A DNA stretch of 64,000 bases from Acidimicrobiia bacterium (GTDB lineage Bacteria; Actinomycetota; Acidimicrobiia; IMCC26256; JAENVU01): the NCBI GenBank assembly GCA_031422675.1, contig JANPMG010000009.1:6750-70749 (forward strand), given 5' to 3'. Shown one piece after another: positions 18,096 to 27,937 of the stretch; the stretch's first letter is position 1, and the number at the start of each line of letters is the position of its first letter. The position numbers were made by a program, and so were the translations under genes. The notes beneath the pieces were generated by a model. It made no database searches. It had not been told where the DNA came from and saw only the letters and a program-made list of their open reading frames with translations.

Positions 18096-18896
18096 ATGAA
18101 CCGTGACTCGCTCAACCCGGCCCAACCCGACGGGGACCCCGGCGGTCATGGGATCGCCCTCGCTGCGCTCCGACGCTGGAACGTCGGTTTGGCCGTACTG
18201 CATCTGGCCCAGGCGGTCGCGGTGTTGGCGCTCACCAACGCGCGGTCGCTGCCCGTCACCGCGGCCTTCGGGAACGGTCCGCCCGGTCAACCCCAAGGAC
18301 CGCTCGAGCTCGAAACTCTCTTCTCGTACCGGATCGGTTGGGCGGTAGCCGCGTTCCTGATCCTGTCGGCCGGGTTCCACGGCCTCGTCACCACCGGATG
18401 GGGATTCCGGCAGTACTCAGCCGAGATCGACGCGTCCCGAAACCGATTTCGGTGGGTCGAGTACTCGTTGTCAGCGTCGGTGATGATCGTGCTGATCGCC
18501 GGGACCGTCGGCATCACCGATGTGGCCGCGCTGCTCGGACTCTTCGCCGCGAACGCCGCGATGATTCTGTTCGGGTGGCTCATGGAAACGACGTCCCGAC
18601 CGGGCCCGGGCGCAACGTGGTCACCCTTCGTGTTCGGCTGCATCGCCGGAGCGGTCCCGTGGGCCGCGATCACGATCTATCTCGTCGGTGCCGGCGGCGA
18701 CGTTCCGGGCTTCGTCTATGGAATCTTCGTCTCGCTCTTCGTGTTCTTCAACTGTTTCGCCGCCAACCAGTTCTTGCAGTACCGGGCGCGCGGACGCTGG
18801 GCCGACTACCGCTACGGCGAACGGGTCTACATGGTGCTCAGTCTCGTAGCGAAATCGCTCCTTGCGTGGCAGGTCTTTGCCAACGTCCTCGTCTGA
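18096..18896 (+). CDS. heR: heliorhodopsin
   Basis: Seven TM helices; LHLAQ, GFH, NRFRWVEYSLSAS (counterion Glu), ERVYMVLSLVAKSLLAW (retinal-binding Lys). Confidence 0.95.
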   Translation: MNRDSLNPAQPDGDPGGHGIALAALRRWNVGLAVLHLAQAVAVLALTNARSLPVTAAFGNGPPGQPQGPLELETLFSYRIGWAVAAFLILSAGFHGLVTTGWGFRQYSAEIDASRNRFRWVEYSLSASVMIVLIAGTVGITDVAALLGLFAANAAMILFGWLMETTSRPGPGATWSPFVFGCIAGAVPWAAITIYLVGAGGDVPGFVYGIFVSLFVFFNCFAANQFLQYRARGRWADYRYGERVYMVLSLVAKSLLAWQVFANVLV

Positions 18897-18912
18897 CCCC
18901 CTCACCCCATAA

Positions 18913-18976
18913 CCGCAACTCGCACCAAATACGCAAGCCCGGGCTCGCAAAACACGCGTTGGTTGGCGAGATTCGG
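18913..18976. repeat. REP-like element, family B, copy 1
   Basis: CTCGCACCAAATACGCAAGCC-nn-GGCTCGCAAAACACGCGTTGGTT, shared with copies at 37105 and 42432. Confidence 0.8.
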
Positions 18977-19016
18977 GGCGAGATGAACGGACGATGCAAC
19001 CGCGCCCGGGGACCGG

Positions 19017-19994
19017 TTAGTCGCCGTGCGGGGAGACGAATCCGAGGTGCTCGGCGAGCGCGTCGGGTATCGGGGCCCCGGCAGCCGCGACGTCGGTGCG
19101 CATCTCGGCCTCGGAGCGAGCGCCCACCACTACTGCGGTCACCGCGGGATGGGCCAGGGCAAACTGCAGTGCCGCGGCGGCGAGCGTCACCCCCGCATCG
19201 GCGCACCGGTCGCGCAGCGCCATCGCCCGGGCCCGCATCCGGGGCGGCGCAGTCGCGTAGTCATAGGTTGCGTTCGCGTCGGGATCGGCGAGCAGGCCGC
19301 TGTTGAAGACCCCGCCGATGATCACGCCAACGCCCCGTTCGGCACAGCGCGGGAGCAGGACGTCACCACCGCTGGGATCGAGCAAGGTGTAGCGACCCGC
19401 GAGCAGCACACAGTCCAGGTCGACGCGTTGCACGAACCGGTCCAGCATCGGCCACTGGTTCATACCCGCGCCGACCGCGCCGATCACGCCCTGGTCTCGC
19501 AGTTCGATCAAGGCGGGAAAGACACCGGCCATGGCCGCGGCCTCGTGATCGTCCGGGTCATGTACGTGGACGACATCAACCCGATCCACACCGAGGCGTT
19601 CGAGGCTCGCTTCGATCGATCGCAACGTGTCGTCGCGTGAGTAGGCGAACACCGGATCGAGGTTCGGCACGTCGGTGAAGACCGAGGTGGGAGCAGCACC
19701 CGAGGGTGGTCGCAGCACGCGGCCGACCTTGGTGGCCAGAACGAACTCGTCCCGGGGCCGGGATGCGAGCGCACGACCCAGCCGGCGCTCGGCGAGCCCG
19801 TGGCCGTAGAGCGGCGCGGTGTCGAAGAATCGGATGCCCGCATCCCACGCCGCACCGACGGTGGCATCCGCCGCCGCGTCACTCACCGCCGCGAAGAGGT
19901 TGCCGAGGGGCGCGGTACCGAGACCGAGGCACGTCACCACCAGGCCGCGCCGCCCGAGCGATCGCCGTTCCGGGATCACCGGGGAGTCGTCCAT
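19017..19994 (-). CDS. aldo/keto reductase (D-threo-aldose/L-fucose dehydrogenase-like)
   Basis: GTAPLGNL, DTAPLYG, TKVGR, HDPD, LLAGRYTL, GGVFNSG. Confidence 0.85.
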   Translation of the reverse strand: MDDSPVIPERRSLGRRGLVVTCLGLGTAPLGNLFAAVSDAAADATVGAAWDAGIRFFDTAPLYGHGLAERRLGRALASRPRDEFVLATKVGRVLRPPSGAAPTSVFTDVPNLDPVFAYSRDDTLRSIEASLERLGVDRVDVVHVHDPDDHEAAAMAGVFPALIELRDQGVIGAVGAGMNQWPMLDRFVQRVDLDCVLLAGRYTLLDPSGGDVLLPRCAERGVGVIIGGVFNSGLLADPDANATYDYATAPPRMRARAMALRDRCADAGVTLAAAALQFALAHPAVTAVVVGARSEAEMRTDVAAAGAPIPDALAEHLGFVSPHGD

Positions 19995-21274
19995 TCACTC
20001 CCGATCGGATAGGTCAGCGCCGCCATCGACTCGGGCAGCATCTCGATGGAGTACCCCGGCGCGTCGGGCACCACGTAGTGGCCGTTGCGGATCACGACCG
20101 GATCCTTGAAGTGTTCGTGCAGATGACCCGCGTATTCGGTGGTGCGGTCCTCCACCATTCCACTCACGCACACCGCGTCGATCATCGCGATGTGTTGCAC
20201 GTACTCGCAGAGACCGAGACCACCCGCGTGCGGACAGACCGGGATTTCGTGGACGGCCGCGAGCAGGAGCACGACGAGAACTTCGTTGAGTCCACCGATC
20301 CGGCACGCGTCCACCTGGCAGTAGTCGAGCGCGCGGGCTTGCAGGAGTTGTTTGAACATCACCCGGTTCGCCGCGTGCTCCCCCGTGGCCACACCGATCG
20401 GCGCGATCGCCTCGCGGATCGCGGCGTGGCCGAGCACGTCATCCGGGCTCGTCGGTTCTTCGATCCAGCGGAGATCGAACGGCCGGAGGTGCTCGATCCA
20501 AGCAATCGCCTCCGGCACGTCCCACACCTGGTTGGCGTCGGCCATGAGTGAGATGTCCGTGCCGAGCTCTTCCCGCATCACCTCGCACCGGCGAATGTCC
20601 GAGCCGATGTCCACGCCGACCTTGGTCTTGAAGCTTCGCCAACCGTCGGCAAGGGCGGCGCGACAGAGATCCCGCACCTGCTGCTCGGAGTAGCCAAGCC
20701 ACCCCGCGGACGTGACGTACGCAGGCAGACCGGTCCGGGTCAGGTCGTCGATCCGATCGGTCTTGGTGGACGCCTGCGCGCGCAGCAGGTCGAGCACGCG
20801 CACTTCGGGCAGCACGTCGCGCACGTAACGGAGATCGAGGGCATCGAGGAACTGCTCGGGCTCGAGCTCGGCCACGAGTCGCCACACCGGGACCTCACGC
20901 TCCTTGGCCCAGAGATCCCAGACTGCGTTCACGAGCGCGGCCGCGGCCAGATGGATGGTGCCCTTCTCCGGGCCGAGCCATCGGAGCTGCGGATGATTGG
21001 TCACCGCGCGCCAGAAATCGCCCATCGAGTCGACAATGTCCGAGAGGACCCGACCGCGCACCAGTGGCGCGAGCGCTTCGATGGCCTGACAACAGAGGTC
21101 GTTGCCCTGGCCGATCGTGAACGTCATCCCGTGACCTTCGTGCGAACCGTCGGTGTGGAGCACCACGTACGCCGCCGAGTAATCCGGATCGGGATGGTGG
21201 GCGTCCGATCCGGCCAACGTCAGGGACGTGCGGGCTCGCAGATCGTGCGTGGTCACCGCGGTGATGCGCGTCAT
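19976..21274 (-). CDS. L-fuconate dehydratase (enolase superfamily, ENOSF1-like)
   Basis: GSDA...PDYSAAY, LRWLGPEKG, KTKVG, DANQ, EEPTSPDD, ATGE, CPHAGG. Confidence 0.9.
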   Translation of the reverse strand: MTRITAVTTHDLRARTSLTLAGSDAHHPDPDYSAAYVVLHTDGSHEGHGMTFTIGQGNDLCCQAIEALAPLVRGRVLSDIVDSMGDFWRAVTNHPQLRWLGPEKGTIHLAAAALVNAVWDLWAKEREVPVWRLVAELEPEQFLDALDLRYVRDVLPEVRVLDLLRAQASTKTDRIDDLTRTGLPAYVTSAGWLGYSEQQVRDLCRAALADGWRSFKTKVGVDIGSDIRRCEVMREELGTDISLMADANQVWDVPEAIAWIEHLRPFDLRWIEEPTSPDDVLGHAAIREAIAPIGVATGEHAANRVMFKQLLQARALDYCQVDACRIGGLNEVLVVLLLAAVHEIPVCPHAGGLGLCEYVQHIAMIDAVCVSGMVEDRTTEYAGHLHEHFKDPVVIRNGHYVVPDAPGYSIEMLPESMAALTYPIGSEWTTPR

Positions 21275-21351
21275 ACCGATGCTCCTCGATTTCGCGACCG
21301 TCGCGCACCCACCGAGCCGCACATCCGACGCGATCCGGTACCGTACCGGCC

Positions 21352-22056
21352 GTGCCCCCGCGCGTGATCATGGTCACCGGTTCGGCCGGCGGGATCGGTG
21401 GCGCCATCGCCAGCCGATTCCGAGCCCAGGAGGAAGTGGTCATCGGTCTCGACGTCGCCGACGGTTTCGACGTCACCGATCGTTCGACGTGTGACGCAGC
21501 CGTGGTCGAAGCGTTGGACCGCCACGGGCGCATCGACGTGCTCTGCAACATCGCCGGGGTCGGCGCGGTGGGCAGCGTGGTCGATGCCACTGCGGCGGAT
21601 TGGCAACGCGTGTTCTCGGTGAACGTGTTCGGAGTCGCGAACATGAGCGCCGCAGTGCTGCCCGCCATGCGCGCGGAACGCCGTGGCGCGATCGTCCACG
21701 CGTGCTCGGTCGCGGCATCGGTCGGGCTCGTCGAACGGGCGGTGTACTCCGCGTCAAAGGGTGCCGTCCTCGCGCTGACGCGGGCGATGGCCGCCGACGA
21801 AGTTCGCCACGGCATCCGGGTCAACTGCGTGTCGCCGGGCACCGTTTCCAGTCCGTGGGTGGAGCGCCTGGTTGCCGACGCAGCCGACCCGTCGGCAGCG
21901 ATGGACGCCCTGCGCCGCCGTCAACCGCTCGGCCGTCTCGTCACGTGCGAGGAGGTGGCCGACGCGGTGGCCTATCTCGCCGCTGACACCACGTTCACCA
22001 CCGGCGCCGATTTCCTGCTCGACGGTGGAATCACCGGCGTCCGCGTGGTGGAGTGA
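21352..22056 (+). CDS. SDR oxidoreductase (2-keto-3-deoxy-L-fuconate dehydrogenase-like)
   Basis: TGSAGGIG, YSASKG, PGTV; specificity inferred from context. Confidence 0.75.
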   Translation: MPPRVIMVTGSAGGIGGAIASRFRAQEEVVIGLDVADGFDVTDRSTCDAAVVEALDRHGRIDVLCNIAGVGAVGSVVDATAADWQRVFSVNVFGVANMSAAVLPAMRAERRGAIVHACSVAASVGLVERAVYSASKGAVLALTRAMAADEVRHGIRVNCVSPGTVSSPWVERLVADAADPSAAMDALRRRQPLGRLVTCEEVADAVAYLAADTTFTTGADFLLDGGITGVRVVE

Positions 22057-22106
22057 CGGTTTGGTGGAGTGAATGCACGTGACGGACAGATCGCCGGGCG
22101 AGTGAC

Positions 22107-23219
22107 ATGAGTGTGCGGGTGGCGCTCGTGGCCGGTCCGATGTACGACCACCTCTACGCGATGTTCGACGATGCCGGGATCGACGTCGAGATCGTGGTGC
22201 ACGAGGATCACCCCACCCTCAATCGGCGCGTCGCCGAGATGCTGAGCGCGGGCGATCGGCTCGACCTCATCTCCACCCACGCCAAGTACGCGCCGGCCCA
22301 ATCACAGTGGCTCCGCCCGCTGGACGAGCTGGTTGATCCCGACACGCTGGCCGCGCTGGCACCGCGCGCGGTGGACCTCGGACGCTTCGACGGCCGGTTG
22401 TGGTGCGTGCCCCGCAACATCGACGTCCGCATCCTGTGGACGCGATCAGACCGGATGGACTCCGCACCGGACACCTGGGCCGCGCTGGATCACCGCGAGA
22501 CCCCGTTCGGGTTCCCCGGCCGCGAATCAGGCCTGTTCGGCACCTTCTTCGAGCTGGTCGTCGGCGCCGGAGGCGCCCTCTTCGATGGCGCCGGCCAACC
22601 CACCATGGACACCCCCGACGCGGTGGCCGCCATCGACCAGCTCGTCCGACTTTGCGACCGCGCCCCGGCCGACCTCCCCGCCTGGCACTACGACGACGTC
22701 GACCGCGCGTTGCTGGACGGCCGGGTGGATGCCGCGGGCGCATGGCCCGGCGCGTGGGGCGCGATCGCGCGATCCCCGCTTGCGGACCGGCTCACCCCCC
22801 ACCCCTATCCCGCCGGCGCCGTTCGACGCGTCAGCTACTCCGGTTGCCACGCGTGGGCCATCCCGCGCACGGCGGCCGACGTCGACGGCGCGCTCGCGTT
22901 GCTCCACCTGCTCGCCGGTGCGAACGCGCAGACGCTCGATGCTCGCGGGGGCACCATCTGTGCGCACCGAAACGCGCTCGCGACCCTCGAACCCGTCGAC
23001 GATCTGGACCGGGCCCGGCTCGAGATCACCCGGCGCACAATCGCCGACGCGATGATCACCTACCCACCGCTCCCCGCGTTCCCCGCGATCGAGGATGCCG
23101 GTTGGGCTGCGATACACGCCGCCCTCGAACACCGGATCACCGCCGGCGAAGCGGCCGCCCGAATCCAACGCGTCGCCGAAGCCGTCCTCGCCGCCGACCC
23201 TGATCGAACCCCGGCCTGA
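22107..23219 (+). CDS. sugar-type solute-binding protein lacking a signal peptide
   Basis: LRPLDE...G.LWCVPRNIDVR.LW.R.D, SYSGCHAWAIP; in-frame TGA at 22080 rules out an upstream leader. Confidence 0.75.
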   Translation: MSVRVALVAGPMYDHLYAMFDDAGIDVEIVVHEDHPTLNRRVAEMLSAGDRLDLISTHAKYAPAQSQWLRPLDELVDPDTLAALAPRAVDLGRFDGRLWCVPRNIDVRILWTRSDRMDSAPDTWAALDHRETPFGFPGRESGLFGTFFELVVGAGGALFDGAGQPTMDTPDAVAAIDQLVRLCDRAPADLPAWHYDDVDRALLDGRVDAAGAWPGAWGAIARSPLADRLTPHPYPAGAVRRVSYSGCHAWAIPRTAADVDGALALLHLLAGANAQTLDARGGTICAHRNALATLEPVDDLDRARLEITRRTIADAMITYPPLPAFPAIEDAGWAAIHAALEHRITAGEAAARIQRVAEAVLAADPDRTPA

Positions 23220-23269
23220 ACGGCGCGTTCATTTTGGCACCGGGTATCCGGTGCAGGCATCATCAGCCC

Positions 23270-24544
23270 ATGCCGAGCGAGTACGTCACCCGTCAGCCGG
23301 ACTTCTTCGCGGTGGCGCCCGCGTCGGCGCCGGCCGCGCTCGATATGGGCGCGGGCATCTGGTGTTCCCCGGGGATGTCCTCCACATACCTCATCACCAC
23401 CGACGCCGGCCGCATCGTCGTGAACACCGGGATGTGGTTCGAGGCCAAGACCCACCGCCGCAACTTCGACGCCGTGAGCACCGCGTCCACCCGGTTCATC
23501 ATCTTGACCCAGAGTCATACCGACCACATCGGAGGCGTCGCAACCTTCCGCGAACCCGAGACCCGGCTGATCGCCCAGGCGGCCGTCGAGGAGTGCCAAG
23601 CCGACGACCAACGCATTCACGGATTTCGTATCCGCCGTTCCCTTCCGTTCTTCGCCGGGGTCATGGGCCAGCCCGGATACGCACGCGGTGATGACGCCGC
23701 CATTCCGCCGCTCGCCGAACCCGCCCACGCGGACCTCACCTTCGTGGACACGCACTCGTTCCACTGCGGCAGTCGCGCGATCGAGTTACTTGGTGTGCCC
23801 GGCGGTGAGACCCGCGATTCGCTCGTGGTCTGGCTGCCCCAGGATCGGGTTGCGCTCGTCGGCAACATGTTCTCGGCGCTCTTCGGACACTTCCCGAATC
23901 TCATGACCGTCCGCGGCGACCGCATGCGTTCGGCCACCGCGTTCGCGGACTCGGTCCAACGGGTGATCGACTTGGAGCCCGACACGCTGCTACTCGGACA
24001 TCACGGACCGGTCCGGGGCGCGGCGATGATCCGGACGGAGTGCGAACGCATTCGCGACGCGGTGCTGTTCGTGCACGATGCCACCGTCGACGCGATGAAT
24101 CGCGGTGTCGACGTGTGGACCGCCATGCGCGAGATCCGGCTGCCGGTTTCGCTCGATCTCGGCCAGGCGTACGGACGCGTCGACTGGAGTGTGCGCGCGA
24201 TCTGGGAGACCTACGCAGGCTGGTTCCACCAGCACTCGACGCTCGAGCTCTACGGTGCCCCACCGGAGCACGCGGCGAACGAGATCGTCACGCTCGCCGG
24301 CGGTGCCGACGCCGTTGCGACGCGAGCGGCCACGCTCGCGCCGACCGACCCGCTCGCGTCGATCCGGCTGTGCGAGTTGGCGTTCGCCGCCGAGCCCGAC
24401 AACCGGGCGGCCTTCCGCGCCTACCGCAGTGCCCATCAGCAGCTGCTCGCCGACCACGACCGCGGGAACTTCTGGCTCACGAACTGGCTCGAAGGCGAGA
24501 TCCGCAGCACCGAGAACCGCCTCACCCGCCTCGACCCGTCATGA
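23270..24544 (+). CDS. MBL-fold alkyl-sulfatase-like hydrolase
   Basis: QSHTDH, GGET, GHH, YG...W..RAIWE.YAGWF. Confidence 0.8.
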   Translation: MPSEYVTRQPDFFAVAPASAPAALDMGAGIWCSPGMSSTYLITTDAGRIVVNTGMWFEAKTHRRNFDAVSTASTRFIILTQSHTDHIGGVATFREPETRLIAQAAVEECQADDQRIHGFRIRRSLPFFAGVMGQPGYARGDDAAIPPLAEPAHADLTFVDTHSFHCGSRAIELLGVPGGETRDSLVVWLPQDRVALVGNMFSALFGHFPNLMTVRGDRMRSATAFADSVQRVIDLEPDTLLLGHHGPVRGAAMIRTECERIRDAVLFVHDATVDAMNRGVDVWTAMREIRLPVSLDLGQAYGRVDWSVRAIWETYAGWFHQHSTLELYGAPPEHAANEIVTLAGGADAVATRAATLAPTDPLASIRLCELAFAAEPDNRAAFRAYRSAHQQLLADHDRGNFWLTNWLEGEIRSTENRLTRLDPS

Positions 24545-25791
24545 CCGACACCATCCGGATCGACGACCTCGCCCACCCCCACCTCGACGCCGGCCAACGA
24601 GCCGCGCTGGACTACGTGGCAACCCTCGACATCCGCTTCGACGCGGCGGCGATGCTGGAACGAGCGCAGGCGCGCGCGGGCGTCGACGACTTCGGTGATC
24701 CGGAGTTCCGGCCTCGGCTCGACGCGATGATCGACGCCGTCGAGGCCGACACCAGGCTCGGGCCGCTCGGGCGCCTCGCCATCCACCAACGCACCGTCCG
24801 GCTCCTCACCTCCCGCCTGCTCGTGGAGGATCTGCTGCGCCGCCGCCCCGAGATCCTCGCCATCGAGCTGCCCGCGCCCATCATCGTCATCGGGCTCCCT
24901 CGCTCGGGGACCACGCATCTGGTCAACCTGCTCGCGGCCGACGCCCGGCTGCGATCACTGCCGTACTGGGAGAGCCTCGAACCGTGCCCGCTCCCGGGCG
25001 ACGGACCCGATCGCCACGGCGTCGATCCGCGCTACGAGCGATGCCGGAAGGACTACGAAGCCCAGATCGGGTTGATGCCGCTCCTCGCGGCGATGCATCA
25101 CCAGCACCCGGGCGCGATCGAAGAAGAGATCGAACTCCTCGACCTCGATTTCGCGTCGTACACGCTCGAGTGGCTCGCGCGCGTGCCGGCGTGGCGCGAC
25201 TTCTATCTCGGCCTCGATCAGACCGAGCATTACGCGTACCTTGAGCGAGTACTCAAGGTCCTCACCTTCCAACGCGGGCCCGCCCGGTGGGTCCTGAAAT
25301 CACCCCAGCACCTCGAGCAGATCCCTGCGCTCCTCGCAACCTTCCCCGACGCCACGTTCGTCGTCACGCACCGCGACCCGGCATCGGTGATCGCATCGGC
25401 GGTCACGATGCTTGCGTACGGCGATCGCATGCGACGGGTGGCGGTCGAGCCACCGGAACTGGCGGAATACTGGGTGGCGCGCGTGGACCGGCTGCTGCGC
25501 GCGTCGGTCCGTGACCATCACCTGCTGCCGCCCGACCGCACCGTCGATGTGCTGTTCCACGAGTTCATGGCCGACGATGTGGGGACTGCGGAACGGATCT
25601 GCACGCTCGGCGGGCTCCCCGCCACCGATCGTTCGGGGGCTGCGCTCACATCGTTCATGACCGAGAACCCGCGCGGGAAGCACGGACAGATCGTCTACGA
25701 CCTCGCCCGTGATTTCGGTCTTGACCCGGCCGCCGTCCGTGCGCAGTTCGCCTACTACTTCGACCATGTCGCCATCGCGGCAGAGACCTGA
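24541..25791 (+). CDS. sulfotransferase family protein
   Basis: GLPRSGTT 5'-PSB loop, WVLKSPQH, THRDP...S. Confidence 0.88.
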   Translation: MTDTIRIDDLAHPHLDAGQRAALDYVATLDIRFDAAAMLERAQARAGVDDFGDPEFRPRLDAMIDAVEADTRLGPLGRLAIHQRTVRLLTSRLLVEDLLRRRPEILAIELPAPIIVIGLPRSGTTHLVNLLAADARLRSLPYWESLEPCPLPGDGPDRHGVDPRYERCRKDYEAQIGLMPLLAAMHHQHPGAIEEEIELLDLDFASYTLEWLARVPAWRDFYLGLDQTEHYAYLERVLKVLTFQRGPARWVLKSPQHLEQIPALLATFPDATFVVTHRDPASVIASAVTMLAYGDRMRRVAVEPPELAEYWVARVDRLLRASVRDHHLLPPDRTVDVLFHEFMADDVGTAERICTLGGLPATDRSGAALTSFMTENPRGKHGQIVYDLARDFGLDPAAVRAQFAYYFDHVAIAAET

Positions 25792-25799
25792 CCGAGTGC

Positions 25800-27152
25800 C
25801 TACCCGAGCGCCGCCCCGATCTCGTCCGGCATCCAGTTGCCGTGGGCGCCGAAGGGGATCCGTTGCGGGAGCGCAATCGTGGCCACCGGCGGTGCGGCGA
25901 AGTCCTGCGCGTCGAGGATGTTGAGCGTGGTGGTCTCGCCGGCGTCCTCATGACTGAGCACGAGGATCCAACCCTCGTCCTCCGCCGCATCCGGACCGGC
26001 CGGCGCGAACACCGGCTCACCCACGTGCGTGCCCTCACCGCCGAAGGAATGCACGAGTTGCGTCCCCGCATCGAGGTCGTAACGCACCACATGCGGCGCG
26101 AAGACCGGCGACGAGCCCGGTAACAAGCCGGCGATGTAGCCGAACCGCGCCGGCAATCCCACGCGCCGATCGTCGACGCGCGGGAAGTCGCCGGTGCGAT
26201 CATCGAGTTGGGTCTCGGTCACTGTGCCGGCGACTTGGTCGATGGTCCATTGCCACAGCGAGGACTGGTCGCCCAGGTCGTCCATCCCGCCTTCCATGAG
26301 CCCGCCGGCCCGACACAGCTGAATCACGATCTCACCGCCGCGCTCGTACGAGTTGAGCGTGTGGAACACGGTGCAGGGTTCGACTTCGTACCACGTGACG
26401 TCGGCGTTCGTCCCGGTGCGAGGCATCACCCCGACCCGCGCGCCCGCATCGCGGTCGAAGCGGAACCCTCCGCGTTCCAGCGCGAACACGATGGGCAGGT
26501 CATAGAAGATCGCGTAGTGCTCGGTGATGGTGAAGTCGTGCATCATCACCGGCCGGGGAATGTCGATCACTTCGGACTGCACGAGGTTCCCATTCGCGTC
26601 GAGCCGGTGGTACGTGAGATAAGGCTCGGAGAGAAACTGGTAACCGAAGAACAGCAGCTCACCAGTGATCGGGCACCGCTTCGGATGCGCGGTCATCGGC
26701 GTGGTGAGTGCGCCGCCGAAGTCCACGCTCCCGATGGTGTCCAGGTCCGGGGTCATCTCCCACGGCAGGTGAGCTTCTTCCAACGCGAGCAGCCGACCCG
26801 CGTGGCGGATGATGTTCGTGTTCGCCGGCGACGCGCGGAGATCGCCGACGGCGCTCAAGAGATCCATATCGTGCTCGAGGTACGGAGTGCGCACGTACCG
26901 GTTGCGGTACGAGACGCGGCCGTCGCGCAGTTCGAAGCCGTGCACCATGCCGGCACCGAAGAACCAGTGGACCGGCGCCGCGCCCGGCGGGTTGAAGCCG
27001 TTCCGGAGGTACCGACCGTTGAGGGCGTCGGGCACCCGGCCCTGCACCGGAAGATCATCGATGGTCAACTCGTGCTCGATCGGCGCGTAGTTGCCCTGCA
27101 TCCACCACACCGCCGCGTGGTCGACGGTGGTCGGGGTCTGGTCCAGGCTCAT
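25800..27152 (-). CDS. carotenoid oxygenase (RPE65/CCD) family dioxygenase 1
   Basis: Four Fe-binding His: TAHPK, MMHDF, FHTLN, GAHGNW; also EPVF. Confidence 0.92.
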   Translation of the reverse strand: MSLDQTPTTVDHAAVWWMQGNYAPIEHELTIDDLPVQGRVPDALNGRYLRNGFNPPGAAPVHWFFGAGMVHGFELRDGRVSYRNRYVRTPYLEHDMDLLSAVGDLRASPANTNIIRHAGRLLALEEAHLPWEMTPDLDTIGSVDFGGALTTPMTAHPKRCPITGELLFFGYQFLSEPYLTYHRLDANGNLVQSEVIDIPRPVMMHDFTITEHYAIFYDLPIVFALERGGFRFDRDAGARVGVMPRTGTNADVTWYEVEPCTVFHTLNSYERGGEIVIQLCRAGGLMEGGMDDLGDQSSLWQWTIDQVAGTVTETQLDDRTGDFPRVDDRRVGLPARFGYIAGLLPGSSPVFAPHVVRYDLDAGTQLVHSFGGEGTHVGEPVFAPAGPDAAEDEGWILVLSHEDAGETTTLNILDAQDFAAPPVATIALPQRIPFGAHGNWMPDEIGAALG

Positions 27153-27937
27153 GGGGCTTCCTTCGGAGTTGGGGGAATGGGCGATCCCGCGCCCAGATAG
27201 CTCTTCGCCAGGCGCGCTGGGTCGGCGGCGAGTTGCGCAGCCGGTCCGTGGCTGCTCACGACGCCGCGCACGAGCACGTACGCACGGTCGGCGGTTGCGA
27301 GCGTGGCGTCCACGTGCTGTTCCACGAGGAGTACTCCCACGCCCGTGTCGCGTGCGATGGTGCGCACCATACCCAGCAGCTGTTCCACGATGATCGGCGC
27401 CAAACCGAGGCTCAGCTCGTCGATCATGAGCAACCGGGGACGGGCCACCAAGGCGCGCGCAATCGCGAGCATCTGCTGTTCCCCGCCGGACATCAAACCG
27501 GCCGGGCGGTCGAGGATCGCGGCGAGGGCCGGGAACGGCGCCAGCGCGTCGGCGATGGCCGACGCATCACCGCGCCGGGCCGCGAGCCGGAGGTGCGCGC
27601 GACCCGAAAGGCCGTAGAACAGCGCGCGCTCCTCGGGGACGTGCGCGAGGCCATGACGCGCGCGCGCCACCACCGCCTTGGCGCGCATCCGGCGCGTGAC
27701 AACCGAGATCTCGCCGAACACCTCGATCGTGCCGCCCAACTGTGGGAGCAAACCCGAGACGGTCTTGAGCACGGTGGTCTTGCCCGCGCCATTCGGACCG
27801 AGCAGCGCCACGATCTCACCGGCGCCGACCTCGAGGTCGAGCCGGTGCACGACCGGAACGCCGCGATAGCCGGCGGTGAGATCGCGCAGCACCAGCAACG
27901 GCGCGAGCACGGGCGCGGTCGGCATCGCCGCGCTCAT
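27149..27937 (-). CDS. ABC transporter ATPase, LivF-like
   Basis: GPNGAGKT, MSGGEQQM, DELSLGL. Confidence 0.92.
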   Translation of the reverse strand: MSAAMPTAPVLAPLLVLRDLTAGYRGVPVVHRLDLEVGAGEIVALLGPNGAGKTTVLKTVSGLLPQLGGTIEVFGEISVVTRRMRAKAVVARARHGLAHVPEERALFYGLSGRAHLRLAARRGDASAIADALAPFPALAAILDRPAGLMSGGEQQMLAIARALVARPRLLMIDELSLGLAPIIVEQLLGMVRTIARDTGVGVLLVEQHVDATLATADRAYVLVRGVVSSHGPAAQLAADPARLAKSYLGAGSPIPPTPKEAP

